Assembly: GCA_036259475.1 (NCBI GenBank)
Contig: DATABS010000071.1
Span: forward strand, 3,913 to 67,912
DNA length: 64,000 nt
Origin: Acidimicrobiia bacterium
GTDB taxonomy: Bacteria; Actinomycetota; Acidimicrobiia; Spongiisociales; ZC4RG35
Direction: 5' to 3'
The position numbers and the translations under genes are program-made. Below, piece by piece: positions 32,411 to 42,750 of this stretch; within the stretch, counting starts at the first letter, position 1, and each line of letters starts with the position of its first letter. The notes beneath the pieces were generated by a model. That model had not been told where the DNA came from, searched no databases, and saw nothing but the letters and a program-made list of their open reading frames with translations.

Positions 32411-33754
32411 TCAGCCTCGTTCCCGCTCCCGGCCGATCAGGGCCTCCAACCGGGCAAACCATTCCGCCCGGGCTTCCTCGGCGCCCTCCCGGCTCGGACG
32501 ATAGAGAACCAGGGGGTCCTGGCCTTCGGGCCAGTAGCGCTGGTCGACGATGTGGCCAGGATGGTCGTGGGGATACAGGTAGCCCTCACCATGTCCCAGG
32601 CTCTCCGCCGCCGAATATCCGGCCGAGCGGAGATGGAGCGGGACCACCGGAGAGGGACCGTCCTGTACTGCCTGGCGGGCGGCTTTCATCGTTGTGGTCA
32701 CCGAATTGGATTTGGGGGCGGTGGCTAGATAGAGGGCGGCGTGGGTCAGGGCGTAGGCGGCTTCCGGCAGGCCGACGTAGGCCAGCGCCTGGGATGCGGT
32801 TACGGCCACGGTGAGGGCGCGACTGTCGGCCAGCCCGACGTCCTCGGAGGCGAAGACCACCATCCGGCGGGCGATGAACTCGGGATCCTCGCCGCCTTCG
32901 AGCATGAGGTGCAGCCAATAGGTAGCGGCGTCCGGGTCGGAGCCCCGGAGGCTCTTGATGAATGCCGAGATGACGTCGTAGTGGACATCGCCCGCCTTGT
33001 CGTATCGGACGATGCGACGCTGAAGAGCTTCCTCCACGTCTTCCACGGCGATCAGGTCGGACTGGCGGCCCTCGGCCAGTGTGGCTGCCATCTCGAGGGT
33101 ATTGAGGGTGAGGCGGGCGTCGCCCCCGCTACGCTCTGCCAGCGCTCGTCGTGCCTCGGCGTCGAGTGCGAGACCCCTGCTTCCCAGCCCCCGATCGACG
33201 TCGGCCATGGCGTGGTCCATCACCGCGGCCAGATCCTCAGCATCGAGGGGTTCGAGCCGGAAGAGCGTCGATCGGGAAATCAGGGGGGAATTGACCTCGA
33301 AGAACGGGTTCTCGGTGGTGGCGCCGATGAGGATGATCGTCCCGTCTTCCACGCCCGGAAGGAGAGCGTCTTGCTGATTCTTCGAGAATCGGTGGATCTC
33401 GTCGAGGAAGAGCACCGTACGCTGCTCGTCCGTCTCGAGTCGCTGCCGTGCCCGCGCCAGGACCTCCCTGACGTCCTTCACCCCGGCCGCCGTCGCAGAC
33501 AGGGTCTCGAAGGCCGCCGCGGTGTGATTGGCCACCACCCGCGCCAGGGTGGTCTTGCCGGTTCCAGGCGGGCCCCACAGGATCATCGAGACGGGGCGCC
33601 CCGATTCCACGACGCGTCGGAAGGCGGCTCCCGGACCCAGTAGATTCTCCTGGCCGACCACCTCGTCCAGGATTCGAGGGCGCATGCGCGTGGCGAGCGG
33701 GGCGAGCTTTTCGAGGCTTTGCTCTGCCCTGGCGGCGAAGAGGTTGTCCATCAC
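32411..33754 (-). CDS. rarA: replication-associated recombination protein A (AAA+ ATPase, MgsA/WRNIP family)
   Basis: Walker A GPPGTGKTT, Walker B LFLDEIHRF and the MgsA C-terminal domain are present. Confidence 0.92.
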   Translation of the reverse strand: MMDNLFAARAEQSLEKLAPLATRMRPRILDEVVGQENLLGPGAAFRRVVESGRPVSMILWGPPGTGKTTLARVVANHTAAAFETLSATAAGVKDVREVLARARQRLETDEQRTVLFLDEIHRFSKNQQDALLPGVEDGTIILIGATTENPFFEVNSPLISRSTLFRLEPLDAEDLAAVMDHAMADVDRGLGSRGLALDAEARRALAERSGGDARLTLNTLEMAATLAEGRQSDLIAVEDVEEALQRRIVRYDKAGDVHYDVISAFIKSLRGSDPDAATYWLHLMLEGGEDPEFIARRMVVFASEDVGLADSRALTVAVTASQALAYVGLPEAAYALTHAALYLATAPKSNSVTTTMKAARQAVQDGPSPVVPLHLRSAGYSAAESLGHGEGYLYPHDHPGHIVDQRYWPEGQDPLVLYRPSREGAEEARAEWFARLEALIGRERERG

Positions 33755-33776
33755 GCCGAAGGGTACCGGTGCCGGA

Positions 33777-34721
33777 TTACCGGGGTGGTGGGCTGAAATC
33801 GCCGCGGCGGGCGCCGGCCCGCTGCGCCAGTGCCACCAGGATCTCTCGAGGCGGATCGATCCAGCCGTGGCCTGTCTGCGGGGCCACGTGCTTCATCACC
33901 TCTACGCCTTCGTCGCGGAGATGGCCGGCGACCGCTTCGGCTCCTTCGGCGGCGGGATCGTCACCGCCGGTCACCAGTGACACCAATGGCCAGGGTGGAT
34001 GACCCATTGATTCGATCACTTCGGCGATCTCCCGGGATCGGAGGAGCATCGGGGCTACCGCCAGCACGCCGGTTATCCGACCACCCGATTCGAGGCCGAT
34101 TTGAAGCGCCCGGCGAGCGCCCTGCGAGAAGCCACCGATGGTGAAACGGCGATCGGGAAACAGGCTGTCGGCGAGACGCATGACCTGGTCACGGGCGACG
34201 CCGTGGTCGTCCCAGACGGGACCGTCCGAGGCAATCCTTTGAACCGACTCGGGCAGGACGACCTCCCATCCCTTGCCCATGGCATCTGCGAGATGAGCGG
34301 CGTCGATCTCGAAGATCTGGTTGCGTCCGTGGAGTCCCACGTAGGGCCAGCCGCCGGCGACCCCTTGGAGGTAGACGCCGGCTGCAGCCGGGGCCCATCT
34401 CCGCCGCCGATCCTCCATCACCGTGAGCAGGTGGCGGTAACCGTCGCTGTCCCATAGGGGATCGAGATCCGCCTCTGTTTCCAGTAGGCGAGGCGCCCAC
34501 CACGCCCCCGCATCGACCGCCTGACGCAGCGTGTCGATGGCGCCCTCAACCAGCCCCCGCCGTGCCAGCAAGCAGGCTCGCCAATAGGCAATGCGCTCCC
34601 ACTGTCCGGCACACTGAGATCCGGCTCGTTCGAGAACGGCCAATGCTCGGTCGTATTCCCCGCGGCCATAGTGGGAGATGACCACCTGCTCGATCCTTTC
34701 GAATCGAGGTGCCGACGTCAC
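33777..34721 (-). CDS. alpha/beta hydrolase (phospholipase/carboxylesterase-like) with a helical N-terminal region
   Basis: Only the C-terminal 314 aa of the 689-aa ORF are protein-like (GxSxG at GGFSQGA). The GTG at 34721 forms a GTGA overlap with the aspS stop; the rest of the long ORF is an Arg/Pro shadow of aspS. Confidence 0.65.
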   Translation of the reverse strand: MTSAPRFERIEQVVISHYGRGEYDRALAVLERAGSQCAGQWERIAYWRACLLARRGLVEGAIDTLRQAVDAGAWWAPRLLETEADLDPLWDSDGYRHLLTVMEDRRRRWAPAAAGVYLQGVAGGWPYVGLHGRNQIFEIDAAHLADAMGKGWEVVLPESVQRIASDGPVWDDHGVARDQVMRLADSLFPDRRFTIGGFSQGARRALQIGLESGGRITGVLAVAPMLLRSREIAEVIESMGHPPWPLVSLVTGGDDPAAEGAEAVAGHLRDEGVEVMKHVAPQTGHGWIDPPREILVALAQRAGARRGDFSPPPR

Positions 34722-36490
34722 TCCCCCGCTCCGCCGTCCGCTTGCTCCCGCGCTTTTTTGATTTCGGGCCGCAACTCGATACCCAGCTCGGCGAGCTGAC
34801 TCTCCTCCACCGGCGCCGGGGCGTCGGTCAGAGGATCGACACCGGTCTGGGTCTTGGGGAAGGGCATGACCTCCCGAATCGACGTCTCCTCCTGGAGGAC
34901 CATCACCAGCCGGTCGATCCCGAAGGCGAACCCTCCGTGGGGAGGTGTGCCGTAGCGCAGAGCGTCGAGGAACCATCCGAAGCGCCGTTCGGCGGTTTCG
35001 GCGTCGATTCCGAGGATCTCGAAGACCTGGCGCTGCACGGCCGGGTCGTGGATACGGATGGATCCTGAACCGAGTTCGATCCCGTTGAGCACGACGTCGT
35101 ACGCCTGGGAGAGGGCGCTCTCCGGCGACGAACGCATCTCGTCGATGGATGTCGGTGCGGTGAAGGGATGGTGGCTGAAGGTCAGTTTTCCGTCCTCTTC
35201 CTCGAACAGCGGGAAGTCGACCACCCACAGGTAGGCGAGGTCGGAGTGGCCCTGGGGCCGGCCGAGGTCGTTGCGCAGACCGCCGAGAACAGTGAGAGCG
35301 GTCTTCCAGCGGTCCGCGGCGATGAGCAACAAGTCTCCCGATTTGGCGTCCAGTGCCTTGACCAGGCTCGATTCCTCGGTTGCCGTGAGAAACTTCGCCA
35401 CTGGTGAGCGAAGCGCTCCGTCCTCCTCCACCTGCAACCACACCAGGCCCTTGGCGCCGAGCTCCTTTGCCCGGTCGATGAGTCCATCCGCCTCGGCCCG
35501 CGAGAGGTGCCTTTGGCCGGCGTTGAGGCCCCGTATCGTTCCACCGGATTGGAGAGAGTTGGCGAATACCCCGAACTCGGTCGATGTGAACACTTCCGAC
35601 AGGTCGACGATCTCCATTCCGAAGCGGATGTCCGGCTTGTCGGTGCCGAACCGCTCCATCGCCTCCCTCCATGTGAGCCGCGGGAGCGGAGTCGGAACGT
35701 CGACTCCGCGCAACTCCCGGGTCGCCGCCGCCAACGTCGCCTCGATCGTGGTCTGGACGTCCTCGGCCGTCCAGAAGGAGCCCTCCAGGTCGAGCTGGGT
35801 GAACTCGACCTGGCGGTCGGACCGGAAGTCCTCGTCGCGGTAGCAACGGGCGATCTGAAAGTAACGCTCCACACCGGCGATCATCAGCAGCTGCTTGAAC
35901 AGCTGGGGGGACTGCGGCAAGGCGTAGAAGTCGCCCGGTCTGAGACGGGACGGCACCAGCATGTCACGGGCGCCCTCGGGCGTCGAACGGATCAGAGTGG
36001 GCGTCTCGACCTCGAGGAAGCCCAGATCGTCGAGTGTGCGGCGAATCGCGGCCGTGGCGCGGGATCGAGCCCGGAGGTTGTCCGCCATTCGGGGGCGGCG
36101 CAGGTCCAGGTAGCGATACTCGAGCCGCAGGCGCTCGTCGATGTCGGTCCGGTCGTCGAGCATGAAGGGAAGCGGATCGGCCGGACTGAGGACGTCCAAC
36201 TGGGCGGCTCGAATCTCGATCTCGCCGGTGGCCAGCTCGGGGTTCACCGTCCCCTCCGGTCGGAGTTCGACCGATCCCTCTACCGATACCGTGAACTCCA
36301 TGCGGAGCTCGTCGACGTGGGGCAGTTGGGTGGGATCCACGACCACCTGGACGATTCCTTGTCCGTCTCGGATGTCGAGGAAGGCGATTCCGCCGTGGTC
36401 GCGTCTCCTAGCTACCCAGCCGGCTACGGTCACGTTGGTTCCTACGGCTCCGGCGTCCAGGTCGCGGGTGAAGTGGGTCCGGTACTGCAT
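34718..36490 (-). CDS. aspS: aspartate--tRNA ligase
   Basis: The 590-aa protein has an OB-fold anticodon-binding N-terminus and class IIb core motifs (FQIARCYRDED; GGFAFGIDRLVM). Confidence 0.96.
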   Translation of the reverse strand: MQYRTHFTRDLDAGAVGTNVTVAGWVARRRDHGGIAFLDIRDGQGIVQVVVDPTQLPHVDELRMEFTVSVEGSVELRPEGTVNPELATGEIEIRAAQLDVLSPADPLPFMLDDRTDIDERLRLEYRYLDLRRPRMADNLRARSRATAAIRRTLDDLGFLEVETPTLIRSTPEGARDMLVPSRLRPGDFYALPQSPQLFKQLLMIAGVERYFQIARCYRDEDFRSDRQVEFTQLDLEGSFWTAEDVQTTIEATLAAATRELRGVDVPTPLPRLTWREAMERFGTDKPDIRFGMEIVDLSEVFTSTEFGVFANSLQSGGTIRGLNAGQRHLSRAEADGLIDRAKELGAKGLVWLQVEEDGALRSPVAKFLTATEESSLVKALDAKSGDLLLIAADRWKTALTVLGGLRNDLGRPQGHSDLAYLWVVDFPLFEEEDGKLTFSHHPFTAPTSIDEMRSSPESALSQAYDVVLNGIELGSGSIRIHDPAVQRQVFEILGIDAETAERRFGWFLDALRYGTPPHGGFAFGIDRLVMVLQEETSIREVMPFPKTQTGVDPLTDAPAPVEESQLAELGIELRPEIKKAREQADGGAGE

Positions 36491-36495
36491 TTGGT

Positions 36496-37845
36496 TCAGC
36501 CCTCGGTGAGTCGTTGGTTGACATGCTCGGTCAGGTCGTCGGCGGCGATCTCGACCTGGTCTCCCGTCCTGAGGTCCTTCACCGCGACCGTCCTCGCGGC
36601 TCTTTCCGCTTCACCGGCGATCACGGCAAACCGGACCCCTCTTCGGTCCGCCGCTTTGAGCTGTTTTCCCAACTTCGAAGCGACCATCTGGGTCTCCGTG
36701 GCGATCCCGGCCGAGCGGAGACCGGCTGCCAATGAGAGGCAGTAGGCAAGGTCCGCCTGGTCGAGAAGCGTGACGGAAACCGCGACTACTGGAACCGTGT
36801 CGGGGAGCAGGCCGGCCTCACGTAGCTGCCAGAAGAGCCTGGTGAAGCCGATGGAGAGGCCGACGCCAGGGAGACGAGTTGCCGTGTATTGCCCGGCCAG
36901 GTCGTCGTAGCGTCCACCCGAGCAGATGCTGCCCAACTCGGGGTGGTCCTCGAGGTATGTCTCGTAGACGGTGCCGGTGTAGTAGTCGAGACCTCGCGCT
37001 ATCGAGAGATCGAGGACGTAGCGATCGGCGGGCACCTGCAGCGCCGACATCGTCCGCACCACCTCGGCCAGTTGAGCGCCGCCCCCGTCGGCTTCGGCGC
37101 CTCCCGGCAGCTCGGAGAGGGCGTCGATGATCGCTTGGGGGCCGCTCACCCGCGTCGACGTCCACTCGAGCAGGCGGGCGGTGGATGAGGTGGTCAGACC
37201 GCCGTCTGTCAGGGTCCGTCCCACCGCTTCGGGGCCTCGCCTGTCTAGCTTGTCGATCTCTCGCAGGATGTCGCTTTGGCGATCGGCGCCGTCGATTCCC
37301 AGCTCTGTGAGGAGGCGACGCATCACTCGCCTGCTGTTGAGCCGGAGTGTCACGTTGCCGACTCCGAGATCACCGAGCAGGGCGATGGCGGCCGCCGCCA
37401 CTTCAGCATCGTGGTGGAGGGAGAGTTCGTTCCGATCGATGACATCTATATCGCACTGGTAGAACTCCCGGTAGCGCCCTCGCTGGGGTCGTTCACCCCG
37501 GTAGACGCGCTGGATCTGGGAGCGGCGGAACGGGAAGACCAGGTCCGCTTCGTGCTCGGCGACGTAGCGGGCCAGGGGCACTGTCAGGTCGAACCGAAGG
37601 GCGAGGTCCGGCTCGTCGCCCTGCTCGCGGGCACCGGCCGACTGGACGAAGTACACCTGCCGCTCGGTCTCTCCTCCTGTCTTGGTGAGAAGAACCTCGG
37701 TCCGTTCGAAGACCGGTGTCTCGATCGGTGGGAAGCCGAACCGACGAAAGCCATCGCGGATCTTGCCCAGCATGGCGTCGTGGACCGCTTGTTCCGTGGG
37801 GAGCAGCTCGAGTACGCCGGGTGGGGTCGAAGGTGTGACGGTCAT
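36496..37845 (-). CDS. hisS: histidine--tRNA ligase
   Basis: The 449-aa class IIa HisRS has RGLDYYTG, the GGRYD motif and an anticodon-binding C-terminus. Confidence 0.95.
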   Translation of the reverse strand: MTVTPSTPPGVLELLPTEQAVHDAMLGKIRDGFRRFGFPPIETPVFERTEVLLTKTGGETERQVYFVQSAGAREQGDEPDLALRFDLTVPLARYVAEHEADLVFPFRRSQIQRVYRGERPQRGRYREFYQCDIDVIDRNELSLHHDAEVAAAAIALLGDLGVGNVTLRLNSRRVMRRLLTELGIDGADRQSDILREIDKLDRRGPEAVGRTLTDGGLTTSSTARLLEWTSTRVSGPQAIIDALSELPGGAEADGGGAQLAEVVRTMSALQVPADRYVLDLSIARGLDYYTGTVYETYLEDHPELGSICSGGRYDDLAGQYTATRLPGVGLSIGFTRLFWQLREAGLLPDTVPVVAVSVTLLDQADLAYCLSLAAGLRSAGIATETQMVASKLGKQLKAADRRGVRFAVIAGEAERAARTVAVKDLRTGDQVEIAADDLTEHVNQRLTEG

Positions 37846-37894
37846 GCGGGGAAGAGGTTAAGGATGGCAGCGCTCAGGGCGGGAAACGAAGCCG

Positions 37895-38542
37895 TCAGCC
37901 CCACAATTGACGGAACGGGTTGGTGCGGCGTTCATGACCGATCGTGGTTTCGGGACCGTGACCGGGAAGCACCCGGGTGTCATCGGGGAGGGTCATCACC
38001 CTCTCTCTCATCGACGTCGCCAGCGAATCGAGATCACCTCCGGGCAGGTCGGTGCGGCCGATGGAACCGGCGAAGAGCTGATCTCCTGCGAGCAACAGCC
38101 CCTCGGATGCGATGCGGAAGCAGCAGTGCCCCGGACTGTGCCCCGGCGTGTGGATGACCTGGAATGACAGGCCTGCCAGCTCGAGGGTCTGGCCGTGCGT
38201 CATGTGCGTCAGGTCGTCGGGTGGGGCGAAGTCCCCGGGTGGGACCATGCCGAACAGGATCCGGAGCTGCGAGGCAGGGTCGAGAGTCAAGAAGTCGTCG
38301 TCGGGGTGGGCATAGGCCGCGGCGCCGGTGGAGGCCACCACCTGGCCTGCTCCCCCGGTGTGGTCGACATGGCCGTGTGTCAGGAGCAGTGCCACCGCCG
38401 CCAGACCGGCCTCCTTCAGCACCTCGATCACTGAATCCGGTTCGGGAGGAGCGTCGACGATCACCGCTTCCCCGCCATCTTCGGAGGCGATGACGTAGGT
38501 GTTGGTCTGAGCCGCCCACAGCGCCCGGGAAAGGATGATCAT
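37895..38542 (-). CDS. MBL-fold metallo-hydrolase (glyoxalase II-like)
   Basis: THGHVDHTGG metal-binding motif; position equivalent to the glyoxalase II gene next to hisS in mycobacteria. Confidence 0.85.
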   Translation of the reverse strand: MIILSRALWAAQTNTYVIASEDGGEAVIVDAPPEPDSVIEVLKEAGLAAVALLLTHGHVDHTGGAGQVVASTGAAAYAHPDDDFLTLDPASQLRILFGMVPPGDFAPPDDLTHMTHGQTLELAGLSFQVIHTPGHSPGHCCFRIASEGLLLAGDQLFAGSIGRTDLPGGDLDSLATSMRERVMTLPDDTRVLPGHGPETTIGHERRTNPFRQLWG

Positions 38543-38599
38543 CTGGGGTATCGCGGTCTCATCTTCGTGATACCCAGCCGGGGACGCCGAGGGGCAGCT

Positions 38600-40033
38600 T
38601 CATTTTTCGAGCTCCGCCTTGTACGTGTCGGCCCTGCCACCTCCGGCGGCAGCGAGATCATCGAAGGGCGGGACCTCGACCACCGTGACCCGGTTGTCGA
38701 GGAAGTCCGAGTAGGCGAGCATCCGCCCGTCGGACGATATGTCGAGGCCCGTCGGCTGGTTTCCGCCGACGATGGCGTCGAGCACTTCGCCGCTGGCCGT
38801 GTCGATGAGGAGGACGGAGCCCCACTGCGGACCCGGGAGGGAGTACGTATCGGGGTTGTTGCGACCACGATTCGACACGGCGAGGAGGCGACCGTCGGGA
38901 GTGAGATCGATCGTGTTGGGCAGCCGATCGGTCGTGGCGAGATGAGAGACGGTGCCGGTTCGAGCGTCGATGACGAAGATGGCGTCCCGCGCCATGTCCG
39001 ATGCGTACACCACGTCCCCGGACGGGTCCGCCACGAGGTGTCGCATCGCCCCGCCGGTGTGTTCGAGAACCGTCCCTTCGCCTGTCGCCAGGTCGATCGC
39101 CTCGATGTCCCCGCCGTCGTAGCCGGCGACATACAGCGTGTCGCCCACCGCAGCCAGACCTCTCGGGGTGGCGACGGACGGAATCCGGCGGACCATCTCT
39201 CCTGTCGCCAGGTCGAACTCTGAGATGTCATTGCTGACCCAATTCGACGCCCACAGGCGCGTCTCGTCGACCGATAGGGCCATCACCTTGGTCCACGATC
39301 CTCCCGTCTCCAGGGTCCGGCGGATTTGTCGTGAGGCGACGTCGATCTCGTACACCCGGGCTGTTTCCATCTGGCTCACCCAGGCCGTCTCCCCGGCGTG
39401 GTCGAAAATGATCTCGACCGAACCAGCTTCCGGCAAGTCGATCTCGGCGAGCAGCTCGCCCGTAGTCGGCGAGTGGATCTCCAAGCCGCTTCCGGCGAGC
39501 AGCGTGACCCACAGTTCCGAACCGTCGGGGGTGAAGGCGACTTGCTTGGGGGCGGATCCCGTGACGAAAGCAACCAACCGGTCGACGGCCTGGTCGGATG
39601 GGTCGAGGAAAACCTCCCGCCGGCCTCCTACTTCGGCTCCAATGGTGTGGGACTCCGCTCGGAACCCCTCGGCAGTCACATCGACGGTCACTACGCCCTC
39701 GAGCTCGCCGGTGAAGGTCGCACCGTTGACAGCCTGACTGCCTGTGATGTCGTGTATCTCCATGACGGCATCCGCATCGGACGGATACACCTCGATCTCC
39801 AGCTGACGGGATCCCGCGGTGGGTGGGGCGGTGACGACCGACGTCGCCACTGTCGTAGGCGAGAGCTCCGGTGCCGTTCCGGGAGCGGCGATCGCGACGG
39901 GCGCCTCGCCGGCCGAGACCAGCAGCTCACCGACGGCTCCTTGGGTGCCCGACGGATGGGGTTTGAATCCGATGACCACGGTGGTCGCCAGGAACAGCGA
40001 GATGAGGATGGCCTGTCGCAGGCCCGATCTCAT
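38600..40033 (-). CDS. secreted/anchored YVTN-type beta-propeller repeat protein (YncE-like)
   Basis: An N-terminal hydrophobic segment is followed by about 7 repeated ~40-aa blades (LWVT..., AWVS..., LWAS..., LYVAG..., VYASD..., LLAVSN..., LAYSD...). Confidence 0.75.
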   Translation of the reverse strand: MRSGLRQAILISLFLATTVVIGFKPHPSGTQGAVGELLVSAGEAPVAIAAPGTAPELSPTTVATSVVTAPPTAGSRQLEIEVYPSDADAVMEIHDITGSQAVNGATFTGELEGVVTVDVTAEGFRAESHTIGAEVGGRREVFLDPSDQAVDRLVAFVTGSAPKQVAFTPDGSELWVTLLAGSGLEIHSPTTGELLAEIDLPEAGSVEIIFDHAGETAWVSQMETARVYEIDVASRQIRRTLETGGSWTKVMALSVDETRLWASNWVSNDISEFDLATGEMVRRIPSVATPRGLAAVGDTLYVAGYDGGDIEAIDLATGEGTVLEHTGGAMRHLVADPSGDVVYASDMARDAIFVIDARTGTVSHLATTDRLPNTIDLTPDGRLLAVSNRGRNNPDTYSLPGPQWGSVLLIDTASGEVLDAIVGGNQPTGLDISSDGRMLAYSDFLDNRVTVVEVPPFDDLAAAGGGRADTYKAELEK

Positions 40034-42198
40034 TGCGGTTGCGGGATGCGCTTGACGGCGTACACGCCGTCCACCCCGCGGACATCGGCCAGCATCCGGG
40101 GGAGCTGGCTGGCATCGGACAGCTCGACCTCGTAGCGGAGGACGGCGACCCGGTCGCGGCCCGTGATGGTGGATGAGGCGGTGATGTTGCCGCCGGTGTC
40201 GGAGATCACGGCGGTCACGTCACGCAGGAGGAGCGTTCGGTCGAGGGCCTCCACCTGGATCCACACGGAGAAGCTCGTGAGTCGGTCGCCGGACCAGCTG
40301 ACGTCGACCATTCGCTCGGCCTGTTCACGAAGGGCGTCGATGTTGGTGCAATCCGACCGGTGGACCGAGACCCCGCGACCTACGGTGACGAAGCCTTCGA
40401 TAGGGTCGCCGGGTATCGGCTCGCAGCAGCGGGCGAGCGACACCATCATGTCGTCGAGGCCCTCGACGATGACCGAGGACCCGTCTCGGTCGGTCCTACG
40501 CCGGGAAACGAAGGGCGGGCCTTGGTCGACCGGCTGGTCGGGCGTGTGGATGCGGCCGGCGCGCGACGCCACGGCTCCGGCCGAGATGGTGCCGTCGCCG
40601 ACTTTGACGAACATGGTCTCCACGTCGCGATAGCCCAGCTCGGCGGCGACCTCCTCCAGCAGGTCGTATCTCTCTCCGGCGTTCATCCTGGGTATCTCCC
40701 GAGTGACCGCCGCCAGGGTTTCCTCCTTGCCGTCGGTCAGCGCCTGGTCGCGGCGCTCCTTCAGGAACCACTGCTTGATCTTCGACCGGGCTCGGGAGGT
40801 GCGGACGAACGTCAACCAGTCTCGCGAAGGCCCGCTGTCGCGCCGTGCGGTGATGATCTCGACGATGTCTCCCGAGCTGAGGCGCGTCGAGAGCGGCAGG
40901 AGCCGCCCGTTGATCCGGGCACCGACGCACCGGTGACCCACCTCGGTGTGGACCGCGTAGGCGAAGTCGACGGCGGTGGCACCCTGGGGCATGGTCTTGA
41001 CGTCGCCGGCGGGTGTCAGGACGAACACCTCGTCCTGGTAGAGGTCCAGCTTGAGGTTGTTGAGGAACTCGGAGGGGTCTTCGGAGTCGAGGTCTCCCAC
41101 GTCGATCCAGGGCTGGCGCGTGGCGTCTTCGCCCTCCTTGTAGCGCCAATGGGCGGCGATGCCGGACTCGGCCCGACGATGCATTTCCTCGGTGCGAAGC
41201 TGAACCTCGAGCGGTTTGCCGTCGGGACCGACGACGGTGGTGTGGAGGCTCTGATAGAGGTTCAGCTTCGGCATCGCCACGTAGTCCTTGAACCGGCCCG
41301 AGATGGGCACCCAGTGGCTGTGGATCAGACCGAGGGCGGCGTAGCAATCGCGGGTGCTGCCGACGATCACCCGGATACCGATGACGTCGTGGATCTCCTC
41401 GAACGGGCGGTCTTGTTCCACCATCTTGCGGTAGATCGAATAATGGTGTTTGGGGCGTCCGGTGACCTGGGCGGAAATGTCCGCCTCGGCCAACACCGCC
41501 TCCATCTCCGAGATCATCTTTTCGATGAAGACGCTTCTCTCCACTCCCCGGGCGTCGAGCTTGTCTTCGATCTCGGCGAAGGGACCGGGATGGAGGATGG
41601 CGAAACAGCGATCTTCGAGCTCGTGCTTGATCTCCTGGACACCGAGACGATGGGCGAGGGGGGCGTAGATGTCGAGTGTCTCGCGGGCCACTCGTCTCTG
41701 CTTCTCTTCGCGCAAGGCCGAGACGGTGCGGATGTTGTGGAGGCGGTCGACCAGCTTGATCAGCAGTACCCGGACGTCCTGTGCCATGGCCACGACCATC
41801 TTGCGGATAGTGGCGGCTTGAGCCTCCTCCACCGAGGAGTACTCGATGCGATCGAGCTTGGTGACACCGTCGATGAGGGCGGCTATCTCGGGGCCGAATT
41901 CGACGGCCAGCTCCTCCAGGGTGAGGTCGGTGTCCTCGACTGTGTCGTGGAGCAGCCCGGCGGCCAGGGTGGCGGAATCCAGACCGTAGTGGGCGAGGTG
42001 CCAGGTGATGGCCAGAGGATGGGTGATGTAGGGGTGACCGGTCTTGCGGACCTGACCCTCGTGGGCCCGTTCGGCCAGCGCGTAGGCCCGTCGCAGCAGG
42101 TCGACGTCGCCTCGAGGATGGTGGCTGGTGAACGCCTCGACCACGTCGTCGAACGTGGCCGGAGCCGGGTCGACGTCAGTCGTATACGAGGAGGGCAT
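40030..42198 (-). CDS. relA: bifunctional (p)ppGpp synthetase/hydrolase Rel
   Basis: The 722-aa protein has an HD hydrolase domain (HDTVEDT), a synthetase domain, and TGS and ACT domains. Confidence 0.96.
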   Translation of the reverse strand: MPSSYTTDVDPAPATFDDVVEAFTSHHPRGDVDLLRRAYALAERAHEGQVRKTGHPYITHPLAITWHLAHYGLDSATLAAGLLHDTVEDTDLTLEELAVEFGPEIAALIDGVTKLDRIEYSSVEEAQAATIRKMVVAMAQDVRVLLIKLVDRLHNIRTVSALREEKQRRVARETLDIYAPLAHRLGVQEIKHELEDRCFAILHPGPFAEIEDKLDARGVERSVFIEKMISEMEAVLAEADISAQVTGRPKHHYSIYRKMVEQDRPFEEIHDVIGIRVIVGSTRDCYAALGLIHSHWVPISGRFKDYVAMPKLNLYQSLHTTVVGPDGKPLEVQLRTEEMHRRAESGIAAHWRYKEGEDATRQPWIDVGDLDSEDPSEFLNNLKLDLYQDEVFVLTPAGDVKTMPQGATAVDFAYAVHTEVGHRCVGARINGRLLPLSTRLSSGDIVEIITARRDSGPSRDWLTFVRTSRARSKIKQWFLKERRDQALTDGKEETLAAVTREIPRMNAGERYDLLEEVAAELGYRDVETMFVKVGDGTISAGAVASRAGRIHTPDQPVDQGPPFVSRRRTDRDGSSVIVEGLDDMMVSLARCCEPIPGDPIEGFVTVGRGVSVHRSDCTNIDALREQAERMVDVSWSGDRLTSFSVWIQVEALDRTLLLRDVTAVISDTGGNITASSTITGRDRVAVLRYEVELSDASQLPRMLADVRGVDGVYAVKRIPQPQ

Positions 42199-42697
42199 GG
42201 TACGGAACCTCGGGCAGGGTCTCCTTGCCGTTGAGGAAGGCGAGCTCGATGAAGACGGAGAATCCGACGACCTTGGCGCCGATCGACTCCATCAGCCGCA
42301 AGGCGGCGGCGGCGGTGCCGCCGGTGGCGATCACGTCGTCGACCAACAGCACCCGGTCGTCGCCCCCGGCGGCGTCGACATGGACTTCGAGCTGATCGGT
42401 GCCGTACTCCAGCGTGTACTCCTCCATCTTCGTTTCGAACGGCAACTTCCCGGGTTTGCGGATGGGGATGAATCCGGCGCCGAGCTCGAGGGCGATGGGA
42501 GCGGCGAGAGTGAAACCGCGGGCTTCGATGCCCGCCACCTGGGTCACGCCGTCATCTCGGAAAGGGTCGGCCATGACGGAGACCAGCTCGGAGAAGGCCT
42601 CCCGGTCGGCGAGGATGGGGGTGATGTCCTTGAACATCACGCCTGGCTCGGGAAAGTCCGGGATGTTGCGGATCAGGCTGGCAAATGGTTCCACCAA
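42176..42697 (-). CDS. apt: adenine phosphoribosyltransferase
   Basis: PRTase motif VLLVDDVIATGGT in a 173-aa protein. Confidence 0.93.
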   Translation of the reverse strand: MVEPFASLIRNIPDFPEPGVMFKDITPILADREAFSELVSVMADPFRDDGVTQVAGIEARGFTLAAPIALELGAGFIPIRKPGKLPFETKMEEYTLEYGTDQLEVHVDAAGGDDRVLLVDDVIATGGTAAAALRLMESIGAKVVGFSVFIELAFLNGKETLPEVPYHALLVYD

Positions 42698-42750
42698 GCC
42701 AGTTTACGACGGATGGCGCTGGATCCGGGGGGTTCTCGGCTCCGCTCCGC

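Noticed and set aside
33777-35846. 689-aa ORF as a single large protein
   Set aside because: The N-terminal two thirds overlap aspS in a different frame and are Arg/Pro-rich. Only the C-terminal 314 aa (esterase) are credible, with a GTGA junction to aspS.
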